Assembly (NCBI GenBank): GCA_964493715.1
Contig: CAZBPC010000002.1
Location: 32,001 to 96,000 of the forward strand
Direction of reading: 5' to 3'
Origin: an uncultured archaeon
Lineage (GTDB): Archaea > Asgardarchaeota > Lokiarchaeia > Sigyniarchaeales > SOKP01
Length of the DNA stretch: 64,000 bases
Below are positions 52,694-62,912 of the stretch, piece by piece (positions within the stretch are counted from its first letter, which is position 1; every line of letters starts with the position of its first letter). A program made the translations under genes and the position numbers. The notes under the pieces were generated by a model. The model had not been told where the DNA came from. It did not search any database and saw nothing but the letters and a program-made list of their open reading frames with translations.

Positions 52694-53880
52694 ATGGCTA
52701 AAAATGTAAAGCGAATAGGAATTTTAACGGGTGGTGGAGTTTCATTTAAGATACATCTTTTTGAACCACAGACTGTCCCGGATTAAATTCAGTGATTTAT
52801 GGGATAATGCTGAAAGCTTACGATGCGGATGTAGAATGCGTAGGAATTCTAAAAGGATGGAAAGGTTTTGTTGAAAATTTAACGATTCCCTTAAACATTG
52901 CAGAACATGACGATCTTCATACCAAGGGAGGGACAATATTGTATACAAGTCGTACTAATCCATTTAAAGGAGTTGAGGCTAAAGAGGAAAAAGCAAAGCA
53001 ATTAACTAATCAATTCAATGTGTTAGGTATAGATGCATTAATTGCTATCGGTGGAGATGATACTCTTGGAGTAGCAGATACCATGTATAAAATTGCTAAT
53101 GCAAATGTAGTAGGGGTTCCAAAAACGATAGATAATGACTTGAAGGGTACTCATTACACTTTTGGGTTCTGGAGCGCTGTACAATTAGCTTCTAATGCGA
53201 TGGATAATCTCACAACAACCGCACGTTCACACCAGCGTGTTTTTGTAGTTGAGATTATGGGAAGAGATGCTGGTTTTTTAACCATGTATAGTGGAATTTC
53301 AGCAGGAGCTGATATAATATTGGTTCCTGAAACCCCCTTTAGTTTAGAAAAAGATATTGTTGACGTACTCAAAAAAAGAGCTAATGCTGGGTATAAATAT
53401 CACATCATTGCCACATCTGAAGGAGCTCATCCTCATATCGATTCATTAAATCGAGATTTCAAGACAATTTCAAAGGAAACAATTGATAAATTACCTAAAG
53501 ATACATTTGGGAATCCTTTATTAGCAAAGTTAAACATTTCACAAATTATCGTTGATGAATTAAATTTAAGAGACGATCTAAAAGAAGTATTTCTCCAAAA
53601 TGACGTCGAATTCGAATGCAGGAGCGTAGTTTTGGGACATACAATGCGAGCTGGAACACCTAATTCGTTCGATAGAATTTTGGGATTGAGATTTGGATTA
53701 GCAGCCATGAATATGGTTTTAGAGTCTAAATTTGGGAACATGGTTTCGCTTCAAGGTAATAAAATTAAAACCATGCCGCTTTCGGAAGGGGTAAAAAAGA
53801 AATATATTACCTCAGATAGTGATAAAATGGAATTAAGAGATTTACTTGTAAAAGTGCGGTATCTATCGAAACAAAAATAG
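52694..53880 (+). CDS. pfkA: 6-phosphofructokinase (GGDD/PKTIDND, likely PPi-dependent) split by a 32-nt BHB intron (exon 1 52694-52739, exon 2 52772-53880)
   Basis: Spliced sequence reads MAKNVKRIGILTGGG-DCPGLNSVI; GGTIL.TSR, GGDDT, PKTIDND and EIMGR motifs; 384 aa after splicing. Confidence 0.93.
52740..52771 (+). other. Putative BHB (tRNA-type) intron in pfk mRNA, 32 nt
   Basis: Central helix GUGG/CCAC, bulges AGU and AGA, intron stem UUCA/UGAA, exon pairing CGGG/CCCG; frameshifts the gene unless removed. Confidence 0.88.
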
Positions 53881-53902
53881 AATTTTACGTCATTTTTTAT
53901 AT

Positions 53903-53971
53903 TTATCCGAACTGCTTTTCTTCTTCCACATCGCTATCAAGAGTATTTTTCTCTAAATATCTGTCAAGCCC
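53903..53971 (-). pseudogene. Remnant 3' end of an acyl-CoA dehydrogenase homolog
   Basis: Translates GLDRYLEKNTLDSDVEEEKQFG*, compared with [22 protein letters not shown] at the end of 55345-56589. Confidence 0.65.
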
Positions 53972-53996
53972 ATTTTACGTTAGAATACCACTTCCA

Positions 53997-54067
53997 GAAG
54001 GGGTAAAAAAGAAATATATTACCTCGGATAGTGATAAAATGGAATTAAAAGATTTGCTGGTAAAAGT
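53997..54067 (+). repeat. Diverged second copy of the pfk 3' end (direct repeat of 53785-53855)
   Basis: 71-nt match with 4 substitutions, 3 of them synonymous in the pfk frame. Confidence 0.9.
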
Positions 54068-54086
54068 TAGAGATTCATCTAAAAAA

Positions 54087-55307
54087 TTAAAATATTAAAT
54101 CCTTAGGCCTAACATCAGGAGCTTTAAGAAGAATTAACCCTGATATAACCGTTATACAAGCTGCTACTGCAAAAGGAGTCCATCCTATTATTTCTATTAG
54201 TGATCCTCCTCTCATTATTGTAATACTTGATAAATCTACAATATATCCCATAAATATCGGACCAAACACAAAACCTATATCTCCAATCGTACGATACACG
54301 CCCATATAAATTTCAAGTTTATCCTGAGGCGCAATATCAGTCACATAAGCAGCTATTGGCCCTGAAAGCCCAATCAAAGCTCCATAAATAAACATAACAA
54401 AAGAAATGTAAATCAGATTTGAAGTAAAAGGAATCCAAAGGGTTACTGGTGCAGAAACGACAAGTGATAATAAAAGAGGAGTTCGTCGCCCAATTTTGTC
54501 TGAAATCAAGCCAATAGGTAACATGGTAATTGTAGTTGCAATAGCCGCTATGGTTAATAATATACCAATATCAAATTCATTTAAACCAAGGTTATTACCC
54601 GAAAAAAGTGGTACAAGAGTGTTTCGCACTCCCGTCCGTATAAAGAATAACGAAAAAATTGAGGGAAGAACTGGAATGAATGATGGATCTCTTAAACTGA
54701 ACCTTACTTGATGATAGAGATCTTGAATCTTAATAGGTTCCTTTTCATTCGAATTATTCACTCTTGGCAACGTAAGAGTGGGAACGATCCCTATAGCAGA
54801 TATAATAGCATAAGCAAAAAATGGAGCGTTTATACCATATAAATCTGCAATAAAACCACCAAAACTTGGCCCAAAAATGGATCCCAATAATAAAAAACCA
54901 GAATAAATGCTCATTAAAAAACCTCGTCTTTCTGGGCTAGCAACTAATGCAATAAAAATGGTTGCAATTGTTACATAAATTGCAGAACCAAAACCTTCAA
55001 TAAATCGAGCTAAAAGTAAAATCCAATAATATTGAGCTGATCCCGCCAAAATTGAGGATCCCGATATGAGTATTAATCCCAAAAGCATCAAATTCTTTTT
55101 ATTATATCTTTGAGATAAGAAACCAGCTGGTAAATCAATGAACATGCGAGCAATTCCAAATGCAGACACCACAAGTCCAATAAGCGTATAATTAACATTA
55201 AAAGATTCGGCATAAAAAGGTAAAATTGGAGCAATTATGCTTAATCCCAATAATACGAGAAAGGTGACAACCGCAAGGTTTAATGTGATTATAAGGTCTC
55301 TTTTTAT
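54087..55307 (-). CDS. MFS transporter; probable ATA start
   Basis: About 12 TM segments, ISDKIGRR motif; the first TM helix extends upstream of TTG 55250. Confidence 0.85.
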   Translation of the reverse strand: MKRDLIITLNLAVVTFLVLLGLSIIAPILPFYAESFNVNYTLIGLVVSAFGIARMFIDLPAGFLSQRYNKKNLMLLGLILISGSSILAGSAQYYWILLLARFIEGFGSAIYVTIATIFIALVASPERRGFLMSIYSGFLLLGSIFGPSFGGFIADLYGINAPFFAYAIISAIGIVPTLTLPRVNNSNEKEPIKIQDLYHQVRFSLRDPSFIPVLPSIFSLFFIRTGVRNTLVPLFSGNNLGLNEFDIGILLTIAAIATTITMLPIGLISDKIGRRTPLLLSLVVSAPVTLWIPFTSNLIYISFVMFIYGALIGLSGPIAAYVTDIAPQDKLEIYMGVYRTIGDIGFVFGPIFMGYIVDLSSITIMRGGSLIEIIGWTPFAVAACITVISGLILLKAPDVRPKDLIF

Positions 55308-55344
55308 ATCACATCTCCCCTTGTTATGATTTTAGCATAACTAA

Positions 55345-56589
55345 TTAACCAAAATGTTTTTCTTCTTGATGATCTGAATCAATTGCGTCTTTCTCAACAT
55401 CACGATCAACCCATTTTTCGCTTAGTAATTCTTTATAGTATTCATGTTGTATTATCATGTTCATGATCTCTGTGGTTCCCGTCCACAATTCACCTATCCT
55501 TGAATCGCGTAAAATTTTTTCGATGGGATAGACTGTGGTATAACCAATACCCCCCATGATCTGCATCGCATTGTTTATGACTTTCCAACAAGATTTAGTT
55601 GAAAATTTTTTCGATTCTGAGACTAACCTTCTTTGTAAAGCAGGTGGTGCTCCTGCATCAATCGTTCTAGCAGTATTAAGAACAATTGCTCTTGCAGCGT
55701 CTAAAAGTGTAATACTATCTGCAACTTTAAAATTTATTGCTTGGAAGTTTTTTATTGTTTGTCCAAAAGCTTTTCTTTTAGTTGAATATTTGGTAGCAAT
55801 ATGAAGACAAGTTCTTGCTGATCCTAATGAACCCGCTGCCGTTGTGAGACGTTCAGGAACCATCATTTGATAAAAAATTCTTCCTCCTTGTCCTTCTCCC
55901 ATAATGATATTCTCTTTCGGTACTTGAACATTTGTAAATTTGAGTCTTCCAGCACCCCCACCTCTAGTTCCTAATAAACCATAAATGTACTCCGTTTCTA
56001 CACCTTCGCTACGATCCACGATAAATAGACTAAGAGATGATCGAGAATCCGATTTCGGATCCAAGTTAGTTTTAGCATAAACTAAAAAAAAGTCAGCTCC
56101 CTCAGCTCCCACAACAAAACGTTTTTCCCCATTCAGGATATAATAATCCCCTTCTTTAACAGCGGTGCAAGTTGCTCCAAAAAAATCAGATCCTCCTCTT
56201 GGTTCTGTTAGAGCTTCTGCAGTATACTTTTTACCCTCACACATTGGCTTCAAGTAATTTAATTTTTGACCTTCAGAGCCAAATAAATTCATGGCTTCTC
56301 CAGTAATAATAGGAAGAGAATATAAGCATGGTAATGAGCTCCCAAGTACGCCTACTTCTTCAAGAGCAACAACTTCACATTCCCAATTTAAGCCTCGACC
56401 ACCAAATTCCTTGGGAAACCTTAATCCTATAAGATTTTTTTTGCCAAGATTCTGCAGGAATTCAGTTGGATAATTGATTTCTTCTTTATCCATTTTTTTA
56501 ATTAAGGTGTGAGGAACATCGTCTCTTACAAATGAACGTACTTCTTCTTTTATTTTTTTAGCATCTTCACTTATTATATAATCAAACAT
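55345..56589 (-). CDS. Acyl-CoA dehydrogenase
   Basis: [29 protein letters not shown] and QIMGGIGY motifs. Confidence 0.94.
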   Translation of the reverse strand: MFDYIISEDAKKIKEEVRSFVRDDVPHTLIKKMDKEEINYPTEFLQNLGKKNLIGLRFPKEFGGRGLNWECEVVALEEVGVLGSSLPCLYSLPIITGEAMNLFGSEGQKLNYLKPMCEGKKYTAEALTEPRGGSDFFGATCTAVKEGDYYILNGEKRFVVGAEGADFFLVYAKTNLDPKSDSRSSLSLFIVDRSEGVETEYIYGLLGTRGGGAGRLKFTNVQVPKENIIMGEGQGGRIFYQMMVPERLTTAAGSLGSARTCLHIATKYSTKRKAFGQTIKNFQAINFKVADSITLLDAARAIVLNTARTIDAGAPPALQRRLVSESKKFSTKSCWKVINNAMQIMGGIGYTTVYPIEKILRDSRIGELWTGTTEIMNMIIQHEYYKELLSEKWVDRDVEKDAIDSDHQEEKHFG

Positions 56590-56811
56590 TCAAGATTCAC
56601 TTGATTAATTGTATTGTTCTATGATAATATATTCAAGATTATAATTATTTTTTATTATTTATTATATGTATCAAAATTAATTCATGAATTCATTCATACT
56701 TCACTTAAAGAATCTATTTTAAGTAGAAGTCGTTTTTATTCTAGGGTATAAATATCTGAATATATATAACTATATAAAAAAGTCATAAGAAAAATTATAA
56801 GTTAACCAATT

Positions 56812-58058
56812 ATGTTTACAAAAATAAAAAAAAATTATAAGAAATACCCAAATCCATTTAAAGTTCTGATTCTCGCCACATTCATCGATAGATTTGGAGG
56901 TTTTTTATTATTTCCCTTTTTTTCAGTGTCTCTTATAGAACATTTTAAAGTAACAATAATTGAGGTAGGATTTTTATTTTCTATATTTGCTGGTGGAAGC
57001 ATAATTGGTAGTACGATAGGAGGAGCATTAACTGATAAATATGGCCGTCGTTCGATGCTGTTATTAGGTTTAATTTCAAGTGGAATTGGTAGTATCTTAA
57101 TGGGTATAGTTAACGATTTATATCTTTTTTTATACTAGCAGCAGTTTTAGGCACATTAGGAGACTTGGGAGGTCCAGCCCGGCAAGCAATGGTTGTGGAT
57201 TTACTTCCAGAAGATAGACGAGCAGATGGATTTGGATTATTACGAGTGGCTGTAAATCTCGCAGCAGTAATGGGACCAATTCTTGGTGGAATGTTGCTAA
57301 ATAGTTCATATCTGTTCTTATTTATATTAGACGCAGTATGTCGCTTAATTACTGCCTTAATTGTATTCATAGTCATTCCAGAAACAAAACCTGAAAAACC
57401 AGAAGGCAAACTGGAAGAATCTGTAATGAAAACTATAGCTGGATATGAGGAGGTCCTTAAAGATGGATTGTATATATCATTTCTTTCCATTTCTGCTTTG
57501 ACGGTACTAGTTTACATGCAAATGAGCAGTACGTTATCGGTATTTTTGTGGGACGTGTACGAGTTTCCATTAAGCTTGTTTGGTGTGTTGTTGAGTATGA
57601 ATGCGCTGATGGTGGTATTCTTTCAGTTCTTGATAACTAGAATGACCGCAAAGTATGCACCCATGAAAATGATGGCTTTCGGCACACTTCTTTATATGAT
57701 TGGTTTTGGGATGTATGGTTTTGTCTCCTTACCATACTTGTTTTTCGTGGCTATGGCAATTCTAACAGTTGGAGAAATGATTGTAATACCCGTATCACAA
57801 GCTACAGTAGCTCATTTTGCTTCTGAAGATAAACGAGGGCGATATATGGCAGTGTTTGGTTTTCACTGGTCGATTCCAACCTTATTTGGAGTCTCAGCTG
57901 CTAGTTTTGTCTATATTTCGCTTGGTCCGAATTGGGTATGATATTTAGCTGGAATTTTATGCCTGATTGCTATCATCGGTTTTTTAATACTCAATGGTAT
58001 CGCAAAAGATCGTTTTTCGAATCCGACAGAAATTTTGGTTGAAAAATTTAGTGAATAA
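56812..58058 (+). pseudogene. MFS transporter pseudogene (frameshift in a T run at about 57125-57131, premature TGA at 57939-57941)
   Basis: LTDKYGRR half and second half lie in different frames; frame continues past the TGA as YLAGILCLIAIIGFLIL..* to 58058. Confidence 0.8.
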
Positions 58059-58199
58059 CAAATATTCCATTGATTTTTTTACTTTTTTTAGAGATTATTA
58101 AGGTAATATAGAGATCTATCTTAAAGTATTACGAAGGTATATATTAAAGTGCGTGAAAGTTTAGTTTCACGAATTCATTAATGTAAAAAATCTTGAATT

Positions 58200-58496
58200 T
58201 TAAATCTCGAATATTTCTTTAGCTTTTTCTTCTATAATTTTGTTATTTACTAGATCCCATATTTCAGAGTAATAAAACTCATCATCATTTTTTACTATTA
58301 AAGGAATACTTTCTACACATGCACTCATATCGCAATATAGACTGTTAAAGGTCGGATTTTTCATCAAAGGATCATTAAAATCATTTGGATCTTGGTAATC
58401 AAGAATCTTATAATCAATGTTCTTATCTTTTAGCCATTCTTTCAAGATTTCACAGAAAACACAATGCTTCTTAATAACAATTTTAAATTTAGCCAT
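58200..58496 (-). CDS. Glutaredoxin-like protein
   Basis: CVFC near N-terminus, SIP cis-Pro-like motif. Confidence 0.7.
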   Translation of the reverse strand: MAKFKIVIKKHCVFCEILKEWLKDKNIDYKILDYQDPNDFNDPLMKNPTFNSLYCDMSACVESIPLIVKNDDEFYYSEIWDLVNNKIIEEKAKEIFEI

Positions 58497-58547
58497 AATA
58501 AAATATATTTTAGTAATAATTTAAATTTTTATTTAAAAAAACCAATG

Positions 58548-59699
58548 CTAATCTTCAATTTCAAAAATAATCTTTAAGTATTCATATTTAGAATTGAGTA
58601 ATTTTAATATTTTACGAGAAAAATCTCTCAAATTTTTTGCGTGAATGGGTTTTTCTTCTGCTTGTTCATGGTAAAAATCATGCAGCATCTTTCTAGTTTC
58701 ATCTGGACCATTATCTTCTAAAAATTTAACCCAATGGGTCGATATTCTACAATATATCTTCAAATTCTCATCTGGATGTTTGGATTTATCAAAAATGGAA
58801 TCATTATATTTATTCAATTCACTACTCACTTTTTCAAGATGACTAGCGATTGCTAAAGAACTGCGACATAAACTGATTAAATTGGAGGTGGTTCTTGAAT
58901 TTCTAGTATTTACTGCTTCTTCGAATGCACTCCAACTTTCTAACCATTCATCTTTATGTATTCCTTCTTTTCCATCATTGATCATTGCTACATTTATAAT
59001 ATCGCTTAAATCAACATCATGACCTCTTTTGATTTTTTTATCAAAAATCTGTTTTAGATGTGAGCCTTCGAGAAAAGCACCTGCTCCAAAATCAAGCAAT
59101 TGATTAAGATTATTTGCAGCAAATAATAATTCATTTTTTTTTTCTTCTGAGTTAAGTTTTACCCAATTAACTTTCTTTTCCCATTCTCCAGTTTTTTTAT
59201 TTCTTATGAAATTACATTCCTTTAATTTCGAGTCTAAAAGACTAGTTTGGAACATCCAAAAATCAATATCATCAGTAAATCTTTTCCTTCTCCAATCTCT
59301 AGTGGTATATTTCCCAAGATATAACTTTAAAGTACCCCTAATTACGTTTAATTTCCCATTTTTCAAAGCATTACGCGCCTCTTTACAGTAATAGTGATTT
59401 GGATCATTTGAGCACAATTCTATTTTATTTAATACTTTTCTAGCTTCATTTGCAACAATATCACAAGGAATACTCCCATCAGATGGATAAGCTCTAGACC
59501 CCCCTCTTATAAAATCTTCAAATAAATCATATTCATCATCAGGAATCGAGTACCAAGGATTATTAAAAAAAAATTTTGTAAAGACATAATGAGTGAATTG
59601 ATTTTCATCTTTCCAAGTTTTTTCTACAATGGGAGAAACATCTCTAAGATTATCACCTTTTGCTCTAACATCAGCTTTTATATCCCAAATTCCATTCAT
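58548..59699 (-). CDS. Hypothetical protein with nucleotidyltransferase-like motif
   Basis: IRGTLKLYL...RFTDDIDFW and KIKRGHDVDLSDI motifs. Confidence 0.55.
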   Translation of the reverse strand: MNGIWDIKADVRAKGDNLRDVSPIVEKTWKDENQFTHYVFTKFFFNNPWYSIPDDEYDLFEDFIRGGSRAYPSDGSIPCDIVANEARKVLNKIELCSNDPNHYYCKEARNALKNGKLNVIRGTLKLYLGKYTTRDWRRKRFTDDIDFWMFQTSLLDSKLKECNFIRNKKTGEWEKKVNWVKLNSEEKKNELLFAANNLNQLLDFGAGAFLEGSHLKQIFDKKIKRGHDVDLSDIINVAMINDGKEGIHKDEWLESWSAFEEAVNTRNSRTTSNLISLCRSSLAIASHLEKVSSELNKYNDSIFDKSKHPDENLKIYCRISTHWVKFLEDNGPDETRKMLHDFYHEQAEEKPIHAKNLRDFSRKILKLLNSKYEYLKIIFEIED

Positions 59700-59827
59700 T
59701 TGAAATTCTTTTTAGTTTAATATTACTAATAAAATTAAATGAACAAACCAAACTTAAATCTTTTTTCTATAAAATAAAGAAGTAATCAAGCATATAGTAT
59801 AAATAGAATATCTATTTCTTTCTCAAT

Positions 59828-60511
59828 ATGAAAGAACTCTTTTCAGTTTTTGTATATGCACCTTGGGATAAGCTCAAAACAAAGAAGCTAACAGAAATTA
59901 GATTATTATCTCTCAAAAGCATATTTGAAAAATATCCCGTAATTGAACGGAAATTTTTTGATGATCTATCAGAAAACATTAGCAAAAACATCCATTATTC
60001 TTGGTTCGAATGTATTAAAAGAATTGTAGGCCCTGACAAAGAAGATTATGAAATTCAAAGTTGGAATATTATTTGGGCAATGGATACGGATAATAGAATC
60101 TACCAATTCTTATTCCAAAAACTAGAGGATTCTGATGAATCTCAAGCAATTATGGTTGGTTTGGCTCCTCCAGAGCTTGGGAAGTTATTTTCAGAATATA
60201 GAGATGATGCAATTCTTAGGATTTTATCCGTATTGAATAATCCAACAAAATTAAAATTCTTGATGGGATTAGCTCCAAAAGGCATATCAATAGCTCAAGA
60301 ACAACAACTTATACAGGCTAATAAAAATAATCTGGACAAGATCAACTTCGTAAACTCACTAAAAGAACTACCAAACATCCAAGGGCAATGGTTTTTTCCT
60401 CGTAATCCAATGTGTCCATTTTGTAAAGGATTGCTGGTTGAGAAAATGGATTATGATATTAGTTGTCAAAAGCTAGTGTGTCCTCAATGCAACTATGAAA
60501 GAAAGAAATAG
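59828..60511 (+). CDS. Hypothetical protein with C-terminal zinc ribbon
   Basis: CPFC...CPQC at the C-terminus. Confidence 0.65.
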   Translation: MKELFSVFVYAPWDKLKTKKLTEIRLLSLKSIFEKYPVIERKFFDDLSENISKNIHYSWFECIKRIVGPDKEDYEIQSWNIIWAMDTDNRIYQFLFQKLEDSDESQAIMVGLAPPELGKLFSEYRDDAILRILSVLNNPTKLKFLMGLAPKGISIAQEQQLIQANKNNLDKINFVNSLKELPNIQGQWFFPRNPMCPFCKGLLVEKMDYDISCQKLVCPQCNYERKK

Positions 60512-60592
60512 GATATTAACAATAACAATTTTATTAAATATTAGAATATATAATTTATAACGAAAAATATATTATTTTGGTAGATAATTAAC

Positions 60593-62122
60593 ATGCCATA
60601 TATTGTAGCACTCGATTTAGGCACCACAGGTTGTCGCACTTTTATATTTGACTTATCTGGAAGTATATTAGCAAGTGATTATCAAGAATGGGAGAGTATT
60701 TATCCTGCTCCATCACATGTAGAGCAAGATGCAAATGTTTGGTGGGACTCAATTAAAAGAACAATTGAGAGAGCTATTAAGAAGAGTGGTATTGATAAAA
60801 CTGAAATTGTCAGTTTATCCATAACAAATCAGAGAGAAACTATTGTTCCTGTAGATAAAATGGGAAATCCTTTACACAATGCGCTAGTTTGGCAAGATAG
60901 AAGAACAACGGAACAAGTTGAATATATCAAGAAAAAAATTGGCGTTGAAAAGATATATAAAACAACTGGTTTAACCATAGATCCATATTTTTCCGCTACT
61001 AAAATACTTTGGTTTAAAAATAATAAACCTGAAATCTATAACCAAACTCACAAATTTTTATTGGTCTCAGATTTCATAATACATAAACTCACGGGACAGT
61101 TTGTAACTGATCATTCAAATGCTTCACGAACCATGCTTTTCGATATAAACAATTTGAAATATTCTGAAGAAATTGCTTCTGAATTGGAAATTGACCTTGA
61201 TAAAATGCCAGAATCAATGGAAAGTGGAGTTGATGTTGGAGAAATCGTGTCCAACGAGACTGATTTTGATAAGAAGACGTTAGTTATCACTGGAGCTGGA
61301 GATCAACAATCAGCAGCATTAGGAGTGGGTGTGGTATCACCAGGGGAGATTAAATGCACAACTGGGACGGGTAGTTTTATCCTCGCCTTCCTAGAAGAAC
61401 CTAAATTTGATCCTGAGAGAAGAGTCTTATGTAGTTGTCATGCTGTACCAGGAAAATGGGTTCAAGAGGCAAGCATTTTTACTTCAGGAGCTGTATTAAG
61501 ATGGTTTAGAGACCAAATTGCTGTTGATGAATGTCAAAAAGCTGAAGAATTGGGTCAAGATCCTTATGAAATAATGACATCGGAAGCTGAAAAATCCCCC
61601 ATAGGGTCTAATGGGCTGCTTTTTATACCTCATTTAGTAGGAGCAGGAGCACCTCATTGGAATCCTTATGCAAAGGGAATTTTATTCGGTTTATCACTAG
61701 GTCATCAAAGAAAAGATCTTTATAGAGCAGTTTTAGAAGGAGTAGCTTATGAAGTAAAAAAAAATATTCTTGTTTTTAAATCTCTAGGAATAGATCCGAA
61801 AGAATTAAAAATTACTGGAGGAGGTTCTCGTTCTGATTTATGGAATCAAATATATGCTGATACCTTAGGAATATCTTGTGTAAGAAATGTTAATGAAGAA
61901 GCTACATCTTTGGGGGCAGCAATATTAGCCGCATATGGAGCAGGGTTATTTCCAAATATATCTAAAGCTGCAGAAAATATTTGTAAAGTTGATAAACGAT
62001 GGTCTCCAAATGAAAATCACGCTGAGATTTATGATAAAATATTCCGTTTTTCAAACAGATTGTATTCAATTCTGAGTGAAAATGAGGTTTATAAGAACTT
62101 TAATGATATATTTCAAATTTGA
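60593..62122 (+). CDS. FGGY carbohydrate kinase (glycerol kinase/xylulokinase-like)
   Basis: DLGTTG, TNQRET, WQDRRT, SNASRT and GDQQSA motifs. Confidence 0.92.
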   Translation: MPYIVALDLGTTGCRTFIFDLSGSILASDYQEWESIYPAPSHVEQDANVWWDSIKRTIERAIKKSGIDKTEIVSLSITNQRETIVPVDKMGNPLHNALVWQDRRTTEQVEYIKKKIGVEKIYKTTGLTIDPYFSATKILWFKNNKPEIYNQTHKFLLVSDFIIHKLTGQFVTDHSNASRTMLFDINNLKYSEEIASELEIDLDKMPESMESGVDVGEIVSNETDFDKKTLVITGAGDQQSAALGVGVVSPGEIKCTTGTGSFILAFLEEPKFDPERRVLCSCHAVPGKWVQEASIFTSGAVLRWFRDQIAVDECQKAEELGQDPYEIMTSEAEKSPIGSNGLLFIPHLVGAGAPHWNPYAKGILFGLSLGHQRKDLYRAVLEGVAYEVKKNILVFKSLGIDPKELKITGGGSRSDLWNQIYADTLGISCVRNVNEEATSLGAAILAAYGAGLFPNISKAAENICKVDKRWSPNENHAEIYDKIFRFSNRLYSILSENEVYKNFNDIFQI

Positions 62123-62235
62123 AATCCAAATCATTATTTATTTCTTTTGTCTAATTACTTGATTCTGGGGTTAATGAACAATTTTATATAGTTAAATTGT
62201 TATTCATTCTATACATAACAGATCAAGTGAAATTT

Positions 62236-62823
62236 ATGGAAACTCTTAAAGAAATAGATTATAGTTCTAACCAAAAAGCTGTAGGTGAATTATTTTATAT
62301 CTTTATGGTGATAGCATGCATTGGAATTGTGATCGGGGTTGTATGGTCTATTTTAGATTTTGTTATGCCTTTAGGGAAATTTGACATATTCCTTGCATTA
62401 AATCTAGGATACCAGATTGCGATAATAGCTGGATTTTTAGCCGCATTATTTTTGCTTTTGATCTTTTTCTTTGGTTTATTCAAAAAAGGAGCAAAAGGAG
62501 TATTAAGATTTATTTTTAGAGAAAGAGAACTAGAAGAAAGGTATAAAAATCGTCTTGATGTTAAGATTGCAGCAGGAGGATTATTACTTAGCATCATGGC
62601 AGTAATAGTCGGCATAATAATTGCTATCATACAAGATGTCGTAGCAGGATCCGGTTCTTCACCTTTAGCAAGCTTATTTACTGAATTTTCTGCTGGTAAT
62701 TGGGTATTATTTGGAGGTATAGCATTCTTAGCGTTAGTAGGATTGTCATTATTTTTGATATTTTTCTGGAAAAATGGAAATTATGCCATCATGAAAATCG
62801 TGGGAATTCTCGAAAAAGAATAA
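62236..62823 (+). CDS. Hypothetical membrane protein with internal two-fold repeat
   Basis: Two similar TM-pair units ending FFGLFKKG and LIFFWKNG. Confidence 0.65.
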   Translation: METLKEIDYSSNQKAVGELFYIFMVIACIGIVIGVVWSILDFVMPLGKFDIFLALNLGYQIAIIAGFLAALFLLLIFFFGLFKKGAKGVLRFIFRERELEERYKNRLDVKIAAGGLLLSIMAVIVGIIIAIIQDVVAGSGSSPLASLFTEFSAGNWVLFGGIAFLALVGLSLFLIFFWKNGNYAIMKIVGILEKE

Positions 62824-62912
62824 TCTCTCTTTTCTTTCTATTTTATGGTTTGAAATTAGAAAATTAAAGCAGTTATTTCATTTTTATTTCATACTTATCC
62901 TTTTTTAACTCA

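Noticed and set aside
52739-52771. pfk insert can be read as a spliceosomal-like GT...CAG intron (33 nt)
   Set aside because: Removing those 33 nt leaves exon 2 out of frame; only a 32-nt excision, matching the BHB cuts, restores GGGDCPG
57939-57941. In-frame TGA as selenocysteine or readthrough
   Set aside because: The position looks like Trp in a TM context, the gene also has a frameshift, and no SECIS-like element was recognised
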